Positions 32,001 through 43,248 of a stretch of DNA of 50,992 nucleotides are shown piece by piece (the stretch's first letter is position 1; each line of letters opens with the position of its first letter). The position numbers were made by a program, and so were the translations under genes. The stretch comes from Salisapilia sapeloensis CBS 127946. Lineage: Eukaryota; Protista; Oomycota. The stretch spans positions 1 to 50,992 of the forward strand of contig JAADVB010000130.1 of the NCBI GenBank assembly GCA_023334545.1, written 5' to 3'. The notes beneath the pieces are model-generated. The model saw only the letters and a list, made by a program, of their open reading frames with translations. It made no database searches and had not been told where the DNA came from.

Positions 32001-34686
32001 GACGGATAGTCGCGAAACCTTTAAAAAGCGCTTGACGAGTTTAACTGCTCTGTTAGTTACTTATGGAAGTAAGAGAGAAGATAAAAGCTCTGAAACTCAA
32101 ACGGAAAAGAACGAAGAATTGGGCAAAAAATGGGCTGTCGAAATGCTGGATGCTCGTCATACGGTTTCGCGATTTGGATACGAAGGATACACTGCCTTGC
32201 TCTTGGCAATTGAGCTCAACCAACACCAGATTGTTAGCACTTTAATAAAAGCTAATGCCTCAGCTAACATTTTTACATTGGATGGAATTAGTCCATTGAT
32301 GTTAGCTCTGTTTCTTGGTGAAGAGGAAATTGTGTCGGAACTGGTTACAGCTGGAGCTGATCTAAATGCACTGACATCAAACGACGATGAGAAACCAGTG
32401 TGGTCATTTGCTATCGCGTCTTGCGTTCGTCAAAACGTGGATATGATGATTGACTGTGCTTACAGAAATAGTGAACCGTCCGGAAGCATTTCTCTACCTT
32501 ACTTGAAAATGCTAGACAGTGTGCCTGGACACTTTGGACTACTACAACGATGTCTTGAAGCTGGCAGCGAGGTCGGAGTTTCTGACAACGATGGAAATTT
32601 CTTACTGCACTCGCTATTGTCCGAGGTTACCATACGTCGAAAGGTGCGAGGTGTCAATCTTTGTGTTCGTTATGACTCCCGTAACATGGATTTGGCGATA
32701 CTGGTGGAGAATTTGATGAATAAACACGCCGCTGATCCTCACCCAAGCAATAAAATTGGGCGAACCCCACTACACTATGCGGTACTATATGGTCATCACG
32801 GGACTGCAAAATATCTACTCAGCTGTTCGACCAATCCAAACGTTCAGGACATCCATGGCTTTACTCCACTACACTTTGCCTGTTTTGGATTTGCGTCCAA
32901 TTTCGCAGAAGCGAAAGAAACGATTCTTCATATAATCTCGAAGTCGACCAACTTTCCGATAGCACAAGGTCAATTCATGGACGAGAACAAACATAAATCG
33001 AACACAGAGAGGCAACTGCAATGTTTCGACAGCATCATGAGTAAAGGCTTATCAAGGATAACAACTCCAGTTTCCATAGGGGAAAATCGAATGCAATCTT
33101 CAAACTTATCTCTTGAGGTTTCAAGCTTCGATTTTGGTGTGGTACCTTGGCACATTGCTTGTGGTGTAAATTTTGTCATATCGCATCAAATATTTTTCGA
33201 CGATGTGATGTTGGAACAGTTTAAAAGAAATAGCAGTTTGCGAGCACTCATTTTGGAGTTTCTCCTAAAAAAGTATCAAGCAACATTTGACTTTCGTCTC
33301 CGTCTTACAAAAGCTTTGACGCCGTTACATCTTGCAATTAAAAGCGATGAGTATGGGTCGAATCGCCCAGTAATAGAAGTGCTACTGCGCAACCAAAACT
33401 GTCGAGAAGGTCAACTAAATGCAGTACACGAGGCAATGCCCATCGATCATCCGCCCGTTATTTATCGTGGTACTGACGTAGAGGTGATTAGCAACGAAGG
33501 TAAGCCGCTGATTGGATTCGTGACAACAAGGAGAATGTCGGGCAGATACGACATTATTTCAAATGATGGTACGCTGCATACTGAAGTGGCGCAAGATTGC
33601 GTATATAGAGTTCTCAGTACTCTTCAAACCAGAAATTCAGGAGAATCGCGAATGTATTTCATATACTCGGAGCATGCTCTCGCCCCTCTGCACTACGCAC
33701 TTCAAAGAAGTGACTTACTATCGATCAGTTTGCTTTCCTTTCCAGAGGTACGTATGCAACCAGATGGAAGCGATTTGCCTTTGTTAGCACTAGCTTGTGC
33801 TGCGAGACGCTCCGACAAAGTAATAAGTCGGCTTATTAATTCACAAGCAAACGTTCGAGTTGCGTTGCCTCTGTACGGTGAAGAGAAACAAGTGAAAAAT
33901 AGTAAACAACTTGCTGCCTTGCATTATGCTGTCTTGTATGAAGATGTAGCGATGGTCAGAAGATTATTAAGCGATTCGAATTTGGTCAATGTCAACGTTC
34001 GCAGATCAGGCGATGGGTTTTCACCGCTTCACTTAGCATGCAGCCTAACGAATCTTGAGCTTATCCAGCTACTACTTGACCACGGAGCCAACTTCGTCCA
34101 GCAATCGACAAATTCCGAGACAGCACCCGGCACGACACCCATACAAATGCTCATACAGAATGACTCAAATGAATGGGAACTCATTACCGAATTAATAGAC
34201 CGAGAATACCTGAAAGCCGAGACCCTGTTAGAGCCTGTGGATGGCTTGGAACTTCCAGCCGACATTAGCATGGCGCTAGATGACGATGCAAGGGAAGATG
34301 ACCTCACTACAAGAAATATAGATACACCTGTCTGTGTGCTCCTTGCAGAAGAAATGAGGAACCTCGCACTCTACAACAAGTTAAAAATCTTCGACAAGTT
34401 ACTGTGGGGGATGAAGCAACGCCACCGTAAACTTCAAGCTGAACTTCGTGCGAGCGACAGATTATTATTTTTAATATATGACTTGATCAAAGAAACCGAG
34501 GAAAGCTCTGAGGCGTTCATGCAGCTACAACATCCCCATGAATGCTATAGCAAGTTCTATGTCCGAGCACACTGGGAATTCTTTACTCAAGTCTCAGACA
34601 AGAATAAACAGGACATGAGCAGTCGAAGCATAGATGCATTATCTACTCGTGGCGAAAACGTACAACGCTCGGACGTGAGCCTTTAA
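29051..34686 (+). CDS. About 1800-aa armadillo/HEAT + ankyrin-repeat protein, multi-exon
   Basis: The 1623-aa ORF begins at GTG just after an acceptor (TTCGTAG|GTACGA); upstream exons from ATG 29051 splice in (TK|TADIIAEALDAL; HDIK|VRTVRVF). Ankyrin signatures GYTALLLA, GISPLMLA, GRTPLHYA, GFTPLHFA, GFSPLHLA. Confidence 0.85.
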
Positions 34687-34823
34687 AAAATATATTCCTC
34701 TGTCTTTGCAAATACTGTTAGGATATCTTACGCCGTTTTCATTTGCATTATGCCAAATATATCGATTTTAATCATCAGTTTCCACAGCAAAAGCTCACAA
34801 AGAGCGGTTGGAGTTTTTCAATT

Positions 34824-37509
34824 ATGACGGAAGAATATGCTGATGATATCCACACTCGATTACCACAAGTGCAGGATGAAGCAAGAAGTACACAATTCAA
34901 CGAGGTTACTGCATCAGAAGAGTTTACTGAGACGAACGTAGAGCTCGAACTCAATGAAAGTGCAGAGCACAACAGCAGTGAAATAGGTCAATGCTATTCT
35001 CCATGGGGCGATCAGAATAGCATAATGGGTGTTTCCTTCAATTTGGAGCGGATTAAAAATCCACAAATACATCATTATCCTCAACTGTACTCACCAAGTA
35101 CTTACGTTGCGACACCAAAAGATGACTTGGGCGTCAATCGCTCAGAAAGATGCTCAGAAATGTTTGTGAAGCAGCAACAGAAACACACAAATAGTTGTTT
35201 TCGAGCTTTGGACATGCTGAAGCAAGAGGCTTCACAAGCATCTACAAGGCTATTGTTTCACCAAATATACTCATCACTTCATGATGCGACTTATAGTACT
35301 AGTGAAGCGGGTCAAGAAAGACATGAGGGCTTAGACTATCGAACTCTTCTTTACCAAGCTGAAAAAGAGCTAATTTCTGTGGAAAAGCAAAACGAGTCCA
35401 TTAATACGCAGCTTCGCTTCGATGAGGAAATCTCATTCTTATTAAATAATTGTTTGGATGAGCTTGATGGTGATCTAGAAGACTCAGTGCAGCTGAAAAA
35501 AGATATATTGCAGCGACTTGAAGAGGTCCAAGTTTCTATTGCCCAAATCGAAGCAGAATATTCGAGTTTGGTTTATGCTGAAGCGAAATTGGAAGCAGAG
35601 GCAGAAGCGCTACCTTACGAGATTGAAAGGAATGAGCAACGCTTGTCTGAACTCTATGCAAAGACTGCATACTTGGAACTTACCTCCAGAGCCCCGCTTA
35701 AGAAGCAAATGAAGATACAAAAGTACAACGAAAAGGTAGCAGCGTTGGCATTAGAAGCTAAAAGAGTCGAAGACGAAAATGAAATTCTTCATCAGCAGCT
35801 GCAAAATTATGAAGTAGAGTTGTCTAATCTCGATAAACAAATACAAAAAGATCTTAGGACAAAGAGCCAATGCGAGCAGGATCTACAAATTGCTGAAAAT
35901 GAGCGAGATGAAGCAGAAAAGCAACTACGAGAAGCGCAAGGGTGCCACACACCTCGTCCGGATTGGGCTCGTATTATCGAAGAATCTCCGGAATTATCAT
36001 CGCACCAGCATGCATTTAACTTATTAAGCAAAGAGTGTCTTACTGTGTCAGAAGCGTTACTCAAAGCGGATAATGGGAAGCGGACCTCGAGCCAGCTTGT
36101 TTTGGAGATGCTGCACTGGTTAGACAGGATCCAAAAACGTTGCGGTGTCAACTTTCGCTTAAGCAAGGTTTATAAACTCTGTTTTATTTTCATGTGAAGA
36201 TATCTAAAGGTTCACGTATTCTGCTAGATTTGGCATGACACGGAAGAGGCTCGCGTTGAATTGAACAATTTACACATCCAATATGACCGTGTTGAGCGTA
36301 AGTTTACCGACAAATTGGCAGAATACGGTATCATACCCAAAGGAAGTGGCAATTCGCCGAACCAAAAAGAGAAGTATAATTACATCGTCGCGTTAGGAGC
36401 TCGTGAAAGTATCCCGAGGTACTTGCGCCACCAAGGCAAGATCAGAAGGAAGCAAATTACGAAGACCGTAGTCGAAGAAATAGTTCGAAGTGTCTGGTCT
36501 GTCAAGCGGAAGCGCGAATGGCGTAACCCACATCGTAGGCTACCGTTAGAAGATATTTTATATGAATACTTGTACAGGAAGTATGGGTTTCAGCCGCTCA
36601 TTGCTGAGTGGGGATATAACCTTGTCTTTGCCTTAGAAGCATACTCCTGGGATGCAGAAATTGAACTCTTCTTCCTTTGTTTATCAGGGGCTATTTCCGA
36701 TCTAGTATATGTCGACCAAGAGACGATGCTTAATGTTTGTAAATCACTTTTCGGGAAATTGTGTGATAGCTATGCAAACAACACATTCGGTACAGTGCGG
36801 AGAATGCTCCTTAAAGATGCATTTACTACTCTACGAAGCTTCTTCCCACTCAAAACGTCGATCCAATTACAAGCAATTGAGAAAGCTATTATCCAAGACA
36901 TGCATAAGGTTCAACGTGGAGGCACGGACTCCCTTTTGTACCTTGATGACGTTTTCCCTCCTGATACAATCTATCCTCGAGGTTATTTTGTTAAGACATT
37001 ACGATCGCAACATTATAAAGAGATACAAGATTATTACATGCTACTGCTAAGGTATGCAGCGAAACTTCTTTCTTACAGTACATTCACGCTTTGACCAGTG
37101 CAATAGCGAGCTTACCCAACGAGACAAGGAACGATCAGGAAAGCTTTCATTAAATGAGATAAAAGAGGTGGGTGCATTCAGATACTGTGCACGGCGTGCT
37201 TGGATTGAACCTTGTGATAATTGACAGGCTATGCTTACTGTCGATCCATTGACAAACATCGCTGCCGTTCTAAGCAGCTTGATGAAGGGGCTGGGAATTA
37301 ACTCGAAGACGAAGCTAGTGCTTGCTAATGAAGTTGATTACAAAGACACGGTGAAGGTATTTATATTGCTGGAATTTTACGGAATGGTAACCTACATTGA
37401 CTGCTACATACTCCACTAGAAAATGTGCCAAAACGGTCTACTCAAATTCACGATGAATTACGATGATGAAGCTAAAGCAAGTCGTATACTTTTGCCGCAA
37501 GCTAGCTGA
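34824..37509 (+). CDS. TSNAXIP1: Translin-associated factor X-interacting protein 1-like coiled-coil (ciliary) protein, multi-exon
   Basis: Long coiled coil ending HTPRPDW; ALGARESIPRYLRHQGKI and LYEYLYRKYG...AEWGYNLVFAL parallel TSNAXIP1. Intron 36167-36227 joins the two main ORFs in frame; the stop follows two further short introns. Confidence 0.75.
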
Positions 37510-38305
37510 AATTAGCATCATGGACCAAGGACTAGAAACCTTTGTGGTCAATTTTCAGTGTTTTTTGTAACCTCCTTGAAACGCATTCTATCGTCTAAAG
37601 AGACAAAAGAGTCTCGTTATACCAGTGCTTTATTTTCACACTATATTGTTCATGTCGAAGCTATCATACACGTCGTGAATTTATGCTGGTTTTGTCCAGC
37701 TAACAGTTTAAACGCGTCGAAGTAGCTATTGTGCCTAATCTTTATTCGTAGTTGTAACTCGATCATAGATCTCCAAGTTTACTTTTAATTTGTTGGAATC
37801 ACCTTTGGAGTATATAAGTATTTTATTCAGCTGCTGCAATCTACAACAATGATAAATGGAGTAAATATTTATGCTTTTGCATCGACCTAGTGTGTATATT
37901 CATCGACAAGAAACCTTTCATTTTAAGCATGTTTTGTAACGTACTGACCACCATTGATGTAGCGATAGGTGTCTTTACTTCTCGCTCTACTTGCGACTCA
38001 ATGAGCTCACGTGAGATGCTAGTAATCTAGTAACCAATTTCATATAGCCATTTCGCACACAATTCGTAAGCAAATGGATCTTTCAAAGATACGCTCATGT
38101 TTACATGACTCATGCGAGAACCGATAGTAATTTGACAGAGCGTACATAAAGCACGACAGCGAGAGTATCCATGCATGAAGATAAGCTACAACTAGCGTAC
38201 GAGATCGATGTAACGATTCGTCTCAGCATTCCTCTTAAAACGAATATTTAGCGAGATATATTCGTTACGGAGCAACACGTTTGGGCCCGACGCTTGCAAG
38301 GTACG

Positions 38306-39114
38306 ATGAGGAGCGGCTTCGAGACGTTGATGATGCTCCTCGTGACGGGGATCACGAACTTATGCATGGTTCCCGCAATCATGTCGCTGCATAAGCAAGA
38401 ATTCGTCTTTGAGGTACAATTGCACTAGACGTGTCTTCAATGGGATCAAGCTAAACTGTCTACCGACACTTTATCTATAGGCGTTCATTGGCTGCTTCAC
38501 CATGTTCACGAGCTCCATGTACCATGTAGCAGATAGCATTGACCGACCTATTTGGCTCACAGAGGTATGCGACTTTTTACAGTTGTCTATCAGGATAAAA
38601 GAGCTGCTCGCATAGATTTATGCTAATCTTATACGCACGATAGGGCCAATGGCACCGTTTGGACAACATTGGATCTATTATGAGTTTCATTATCTGGGGT
38701 ATCTACCTCATGGACATTAAGGACGAGAAGAAGAAAAAATATGTCCAATATTTTTTCCTCGCGGTTGTCCTCGTCCTCCAGGAGAAAAATCCGTGGGACG
38801 ACTGGAATGCCTACATTCCCATCGCTCTAAGTTTTTTCTGCCTCATGGCTATCATCGCCGTTCGAGGCAAGATCCCACCGTACAATTACGCTATCTTACG
38901 TCGAGGAATGTTTCTACTTGCCATCGGCTTTGGCTTCTTCATTAAAGGTCTAGATGACAAGAACGATCCGTTTCGTTTCTTCCACGGCTGCTGGCACGCT
39001 TTCGTAGGTGCCGCTGCCTATGTGAACTTTAGTGTCTTGCCGACACCGCCCGGATCTGCATCGTCCTCCTACAGAAGCAATGGAGGGTCCCACCTGCCGA
39101 TGAAATCCATTTAA
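38306..39114 (+). CDS. TMEM8/PGAP6/myomaker-family (CREST superfamily) 7-TM protein, 3 exons
   Basis: Introns 38414-38480 and 38565-38643 restore the frame. CREST motifs TSSMYH (SxxxH), WHRLD and FHGCWH (HxxxH). Confidence 0.85.
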
Positions 39115-39202
39115 AGATAGAAAAAGAATTTGACGCTTTCTTAGATTTTAATAACCAGTTAGCTAACCGTTAAATTGAAACACAAACTGCGATATCGTTT
39201 GT

Positions 39203-40115
39203 ATGTCTGTGCAGGAGGACGCGAAGCTACCTCTATTGTCCCTACGTGAGCAAGTACACGAGCAAGAGCTTCCACACTCGGATATTGAAAGAAACGTTTC
39301 ATTGTACTCTATCTTGTCTTCTGCAATGACGCTCTTAAGCTCGCTGTATGTCTACGATCTGAGGCTAGGATCGTTCCTCTTTCGCAACTTTGGTCAAGTA
39401 CCCGCCATTAACTACTTGCTGGAACTGCTATCGCTTTCTGGAGATGGCATCTTGTATGCATTGCTATGAATTGCATGATATTGTTTGCGTGCACTAATTA
39501 TGGACTTGTAGATGGTTCTTGATCGTACTTCCGATCGTGACGCTTATGTGGCTCGTTGGTAAACTCGAAGACACATCGCCAGCGACAAGGATGGTCTTCT
39601 GGACATTTTACATTTGCAACATTGTACGTGTAGAATGACATCTACTTGTCTTCAGTATCTTGACCTTTTAATCATTTTAGGTGGATATCCTCGCCATTGT
39701 CGTGATGAAACTCGTTTTTAAACGTGCTCGCCCGCCACATCATGTCATGGACGCTCGGTTTGTCGGTGCCGATCAGCATTCCTTCCCGTCCGGTCATGCT
39801 ACTCGCGCCTGGTGCCTCGTTGGTCTTTTCCTCAGTCTCTCCGCATGTACGTCGAAGTCCTTACCACTCCGATAGATGCTATCCTAACATCGTGTCGTAG
39901 CCAATCCAGCCGAGATCGAAACCTTTTTCCATCTCTCACCATCGACTGTTGAATGGCTCTTCATCGTCTGGGCAGTCGCCATCACACTATCTCGCGTGGC
40001 GCTCGGACGACACTATCCATCAGACGTAGTAGCTGGCGCTTGCATCGGTTTGCTGTTAGAATACCCCATCGCAGGACTCTTCATTCAAGCTCTGAATGTC
40101 CTACCTAAGGAGTAA
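39203..40115 (+). CDS. PAP2-family lipid phosphate phosphatase (PLPP6/7-like), multi-exon
   Basis: C1 KLVFKRARP, C2 SFPSGH and C3 SRVALGRHYPSD are all visible; short GT-AG introns lie between segments. Confidence 0.85.
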
Positions 40116-40319
40116 CTTGTCAACATCGTTTCAAGATCGACTAATCAATTTTCGTCAAAATGTTTTTCAATCACTTACCCACACCATGCGGTCGTGAGTA
40201 TGTACTCCGCCCAGTTTTTTCATCGCAGACTCGTCATACTTAATTCTTCTATCGACCAAGTTTCGCACACATAGTCGCTGCCGAGGACTGCCATTTTTGT
40301 TATTTTTCCACACTGAACG

Positions 40320-41306
40320 ATGCCACTTCGAGTGACGGTGAACAGAAAGCAGAAGAACTTGTCGGACTTACTACGATGGTTACGCGCCACTCGACGTCGA
40401 GTCCATCGAACGAATGCGCCCGTTCAGCACTACTACGATATTGAACGAGAACTTGGAGAAGGCAAGACTGCCAAAGTGTATTTGGCGACTAGTAAGCGAC
40501 AGCAGGTCGGAAAAGTGGCGATTAAAGTCATACCGAAGGACTATTTGAACACGGAAGGTCGGTTAAAAGCACTCAAGATGGAAATGGGCGTGCTAAAGAC
40601 CATCAAACATCCAAATGTCATTGAACTGGTGGAAATATTGGAAGGACCAGAGCAAGTCGCAATCGTCATGCAGTGTACGCAAGGTGGAGAAGTGTTAAAG
40701 GAGTTGGCGAGTGCACCGGAAAGCAGTACATTGACTGAAAGAGATGTGGCGCATGTAATTCAAGATGTGTTGCATGGTATTCAGTACCTCCATGCACGAG
40801 GCATCACCCATCGAGACGTCAAGCCGGAGAACATTTTGTGTAGAGGAAAAGGAAGTTGGCACGATGGCGTTGTACTCATCGACTTTGGACTCGCTTATAA
40901 AGCCAAGAACAGTCGAGATAAGATGACGGGGATGAATGGAACGAGTCACTACATGGCGCCCGAGATGTTCGGACGAGATAGTCAGTACGACTGTGCAATC
41001 GATCTATGGGCAGTCGGTGTCACGACGTACATCCTTCTGTTCGGCCAATTCCCATTCGATGCCAAGTTCCTCAGTCAAGTGGAAGACAAGATCGCTGTTG
41101 CCGACTATACCTTTCCAACAGAATGGGGTGCCCAAGTTTCCAAGCAAGCAAAGGATTTCATCCGCAAACTGCTTGTCGTGGATGCCGAGGATCGATTGAC
41201 AGCGAAAGAAGCACTGCACCATCCGTGGATAGCAATGGAAATGGAGATGGAACCGTTTAGTGAAGACCACGTCCATGCGATTGCGTCCTTTGGTCTACAT
41301 GATTAA
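40320..41306 (+). CDS. CaMK-group Ser/Thr protein kinase
   Basis: GEGKTA loop, VAIK, HRDVKPEN, DFG, YMAPE, DLWAVG, RLTAKEALHHPW; no long regulatory tail. Confidence 0.93.
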   Translation: MPLRVTVNRKQKNLSDLLRWLRATRRRVHRTNAPVQHYYDIERELGEGKTAKVYLATSKRQQVGKVAIKVIPKDYLNTEGRLKALKMEMGVLKTIKHPNVIELVEILEGPEQVAIVMQCTQGGEVLKELASAPESSTLTERDVAHVIQDVLHGIQYLHARGITHRDVKPENILCRGKGSWHDGVVLIDFGLAYKAKNSRDKMTGMNGTSHYMAPEMFGRDSQYDCAIDLWAVGVTTYILLFGQFPFDAKFLSQVEDKIAVADYTFPTEWGAQVSKQAKDFIRKLLVVDAEDRLTAKEALHHPWIAMEMEMEPFSEDHVHAIASFGLHD

Positions 41307-41367
41307 GTTTGGATACATATATATGTCGTGTTTGGATGCGTGCAAGAAGATTTGTTATTCATAAGCG

Positions 41368-42642
41368 TTAGAAAAGGTGAATGACCGAGTAGAGCACCAG
41401 TCCTGTTGCCGTCATGAGCACGGGCGTGTCCATCGTATGCGGCGCTGTGGCTTCTGCATAGGCAGCGACGAAGGGGAGGACGAGCATAGTCATCCAGAGC
41501 TGCATAGGAGACCGAAAGTCATAGTACTGGAGTGCTGGGAATACCATGCCGGACAAGAAGACGCATGCACTACCTTCTAGACTACGCGTATACTTTCTAC
41601 GAGACAAACAGCTACGTGTGGAATACTTGTGCTTGCCGAATGCAATGCCAACAGGTTCTGCTAGTCCGTCGCCGAGGATTGTGACGAGTACGATGACAAA
41701 GACGAGACCGCTCTGTGTCGTGCTGGCGAATAACCAGCGGAAGAAGAGCAGAATGAAGAGGCCGGGGAAGACGTTGCCTGCTACAATCCACTTTAGCGTA
41801 TGTGGACGGTCTTCTGGTCTATCTAAACTGTTAAACTGGAGCATGAGTAGCGTCGATCGCTCTCGAATGGGTTTGATTAAAGCGAGGAAGCAGAGCAGCG
41901 TGGCAAAGTCGCTCCATGCGAGCTCGAGTGGGCCGTTACAGTGGCATCCAGAGTCCGGCCGGATGACAAGCGGCACCAAGTATGCGGCTGCGAGAGCCAA
42001 TTTGCGCGTGTAATTAACCTTGAAAGTGGAACTGCGCTCGGTTAGGACATAGCCGGAAGCATCGACGACGCAGAAGAAGCGGCAGAGCATACCGCCTAGA
42101 GTGGCGATGCCCATCATGACGGCAATTTTGGGCACCAAAAAGAACCAGAACTCGCCATTGAGCCACAATTGAGGCTTGAAGATGAACGTGAGCGCGACGA
42201 GTGTCACGCCAAAGGCTCCCATGGCACACAAGAAGATAAAGTCAAACGTTCTAGTCCAGCGCGTGTCATATCTACCGGCAACCTGACCAGCATAAATGAG
42301 GTCGTTCGCATCATCGTCGTATTCTGCGCCATAACCTTGATCGTCACTGCCGGCCGTACCGTATGTCGGTACTTGCTTTGGCAGACGAAACTTTGGTCGA
42401 GACCGAGGACGCCAGAGAAGTCGTAAGACCATGACGATTAGGACGAGGGACCCGAACGGTAGACCTATGAGCAATGAGTACTCTCTCTGGGTCAAATGAT
42501 CCGACCATAGCTCGTCCGGCTTGGCATGCTCTGGAACAGGCGACGGCATTGCATGGGTCGGGACGGGCGATGGAGCTGCATGGGTAGGCACTGGCGAGTC
42601 ATGTGCAGCAGGAAGTGGTTCATTATCGATCGTATCGGCCAT
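41368..42642 (-). CDS. Polytopic CTP-dependent kinase of the phytol/farnesol/DAG (Dgk1)/dolichol kinase family
   Basis: KVNYTRK, LGDGLAEPVGIAFGKHKY and RSLEGS motifs; about 10 TM segments. First ATG 42642 (the ORF track starts at GTG 42693). Confidence 0.75.
   Translation of the reverse strand: MADTIDNEPLPAAHDSPVPTHAAPSPVPTHAMPSPVPEHAKPDELWSDHLTQREYSLLIGLPFGSLVLIVMVLRLLWRPRSRPKFRLPKQVPTYGTAGSDDQGYGAEYDDDANDLIYAGQVAGRYDTRWTRTFDFIFLCAMGAFGVTLVALTFIFKPQLWLNGEFWFFLVPKIAVMMGIATLGGMLCRFFCVVDASGYVLTERSSTFKVNYTRKLALAAAYLVPLVIRPDSGCHCNGPLELAWSDFATLLCFLALIKPIRERSTLLMLQFNSLDRPEDRPHTLKWIVAGNVFPGLFILLFFRWLFASTTQSGLVFVIVLVTILGDGLAEPVGIAFGKHKYSTRSCLSRRKYTRSLEGSACVFLSGMVFPALQYYDFRSPMQLWMTMLVLPFVAAYAEATAPHTMDTPVLMTATGLVLYSVIHLF
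42522..42606 (-). repeat. 27-nt imperfect coding tandem repeat
   Basis: Encodes HDSPVP-THAAPSPVP-THAMPSPVP-EHAKP. Confidence 0.75.
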
Positions 42643-43248
42643 CGTTTCGACTGTGCGGAGGAAGACGAGTTGCGGCGAGCTCGTGGTGAACACCGTCGTG
42701 CTTGGATCTTTTTATTTCGGGAGAGTTGGCGAATGGATACTTGCACCGATCTGAACTTGCTTTTTGTATGAGGAGTTCATCCGTTGCGCATGTCTGATTA
42801 CACTGTGAAAAGAAGCAAGAACTGGGCGGAGTAGTTGAAGAAGGATGTGTAGATAAAAAACGAATCTTGAAAGGTTGTAAATGGTAATAGTACCGGAAAC
42901 TCGGATTACTTGTCTGCTCAAGTGAGCTTTGATGGAGTTTGTGTGTGTTTGAACGTTAATGAGCCACTGATCTTGATGAAATAGTCTGTGTGTGTGTTTA
43001 TAAATGTCGTTTGTGGTTGAAAGCTTTACTTGTGGCCGTACTTGCGTCTCTAAGTCGAACATCGGTAACCCAAGCGGGCTCTGCCGTGGATATCATGCTA
43101 TTAGGTGTTTACCATGCTAACATGTTTCTACGAGTTTGGGCGCTCAACTTAGAGCTTAATCTATGGCTGAATTTAATGAACGCGTGCTAGCCATCCGAAT
43201 TGCTTTTTTCCACCGGTAAATTGCGTTGAACCATCTTTCTGAAATGAA

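Noticed and set aside
42712-43190. 116-aa and 66-aa ORFs in the divergent gap before the P450
   Set aside because: No motifs or splice support; more likely promoter/UTR sequence.
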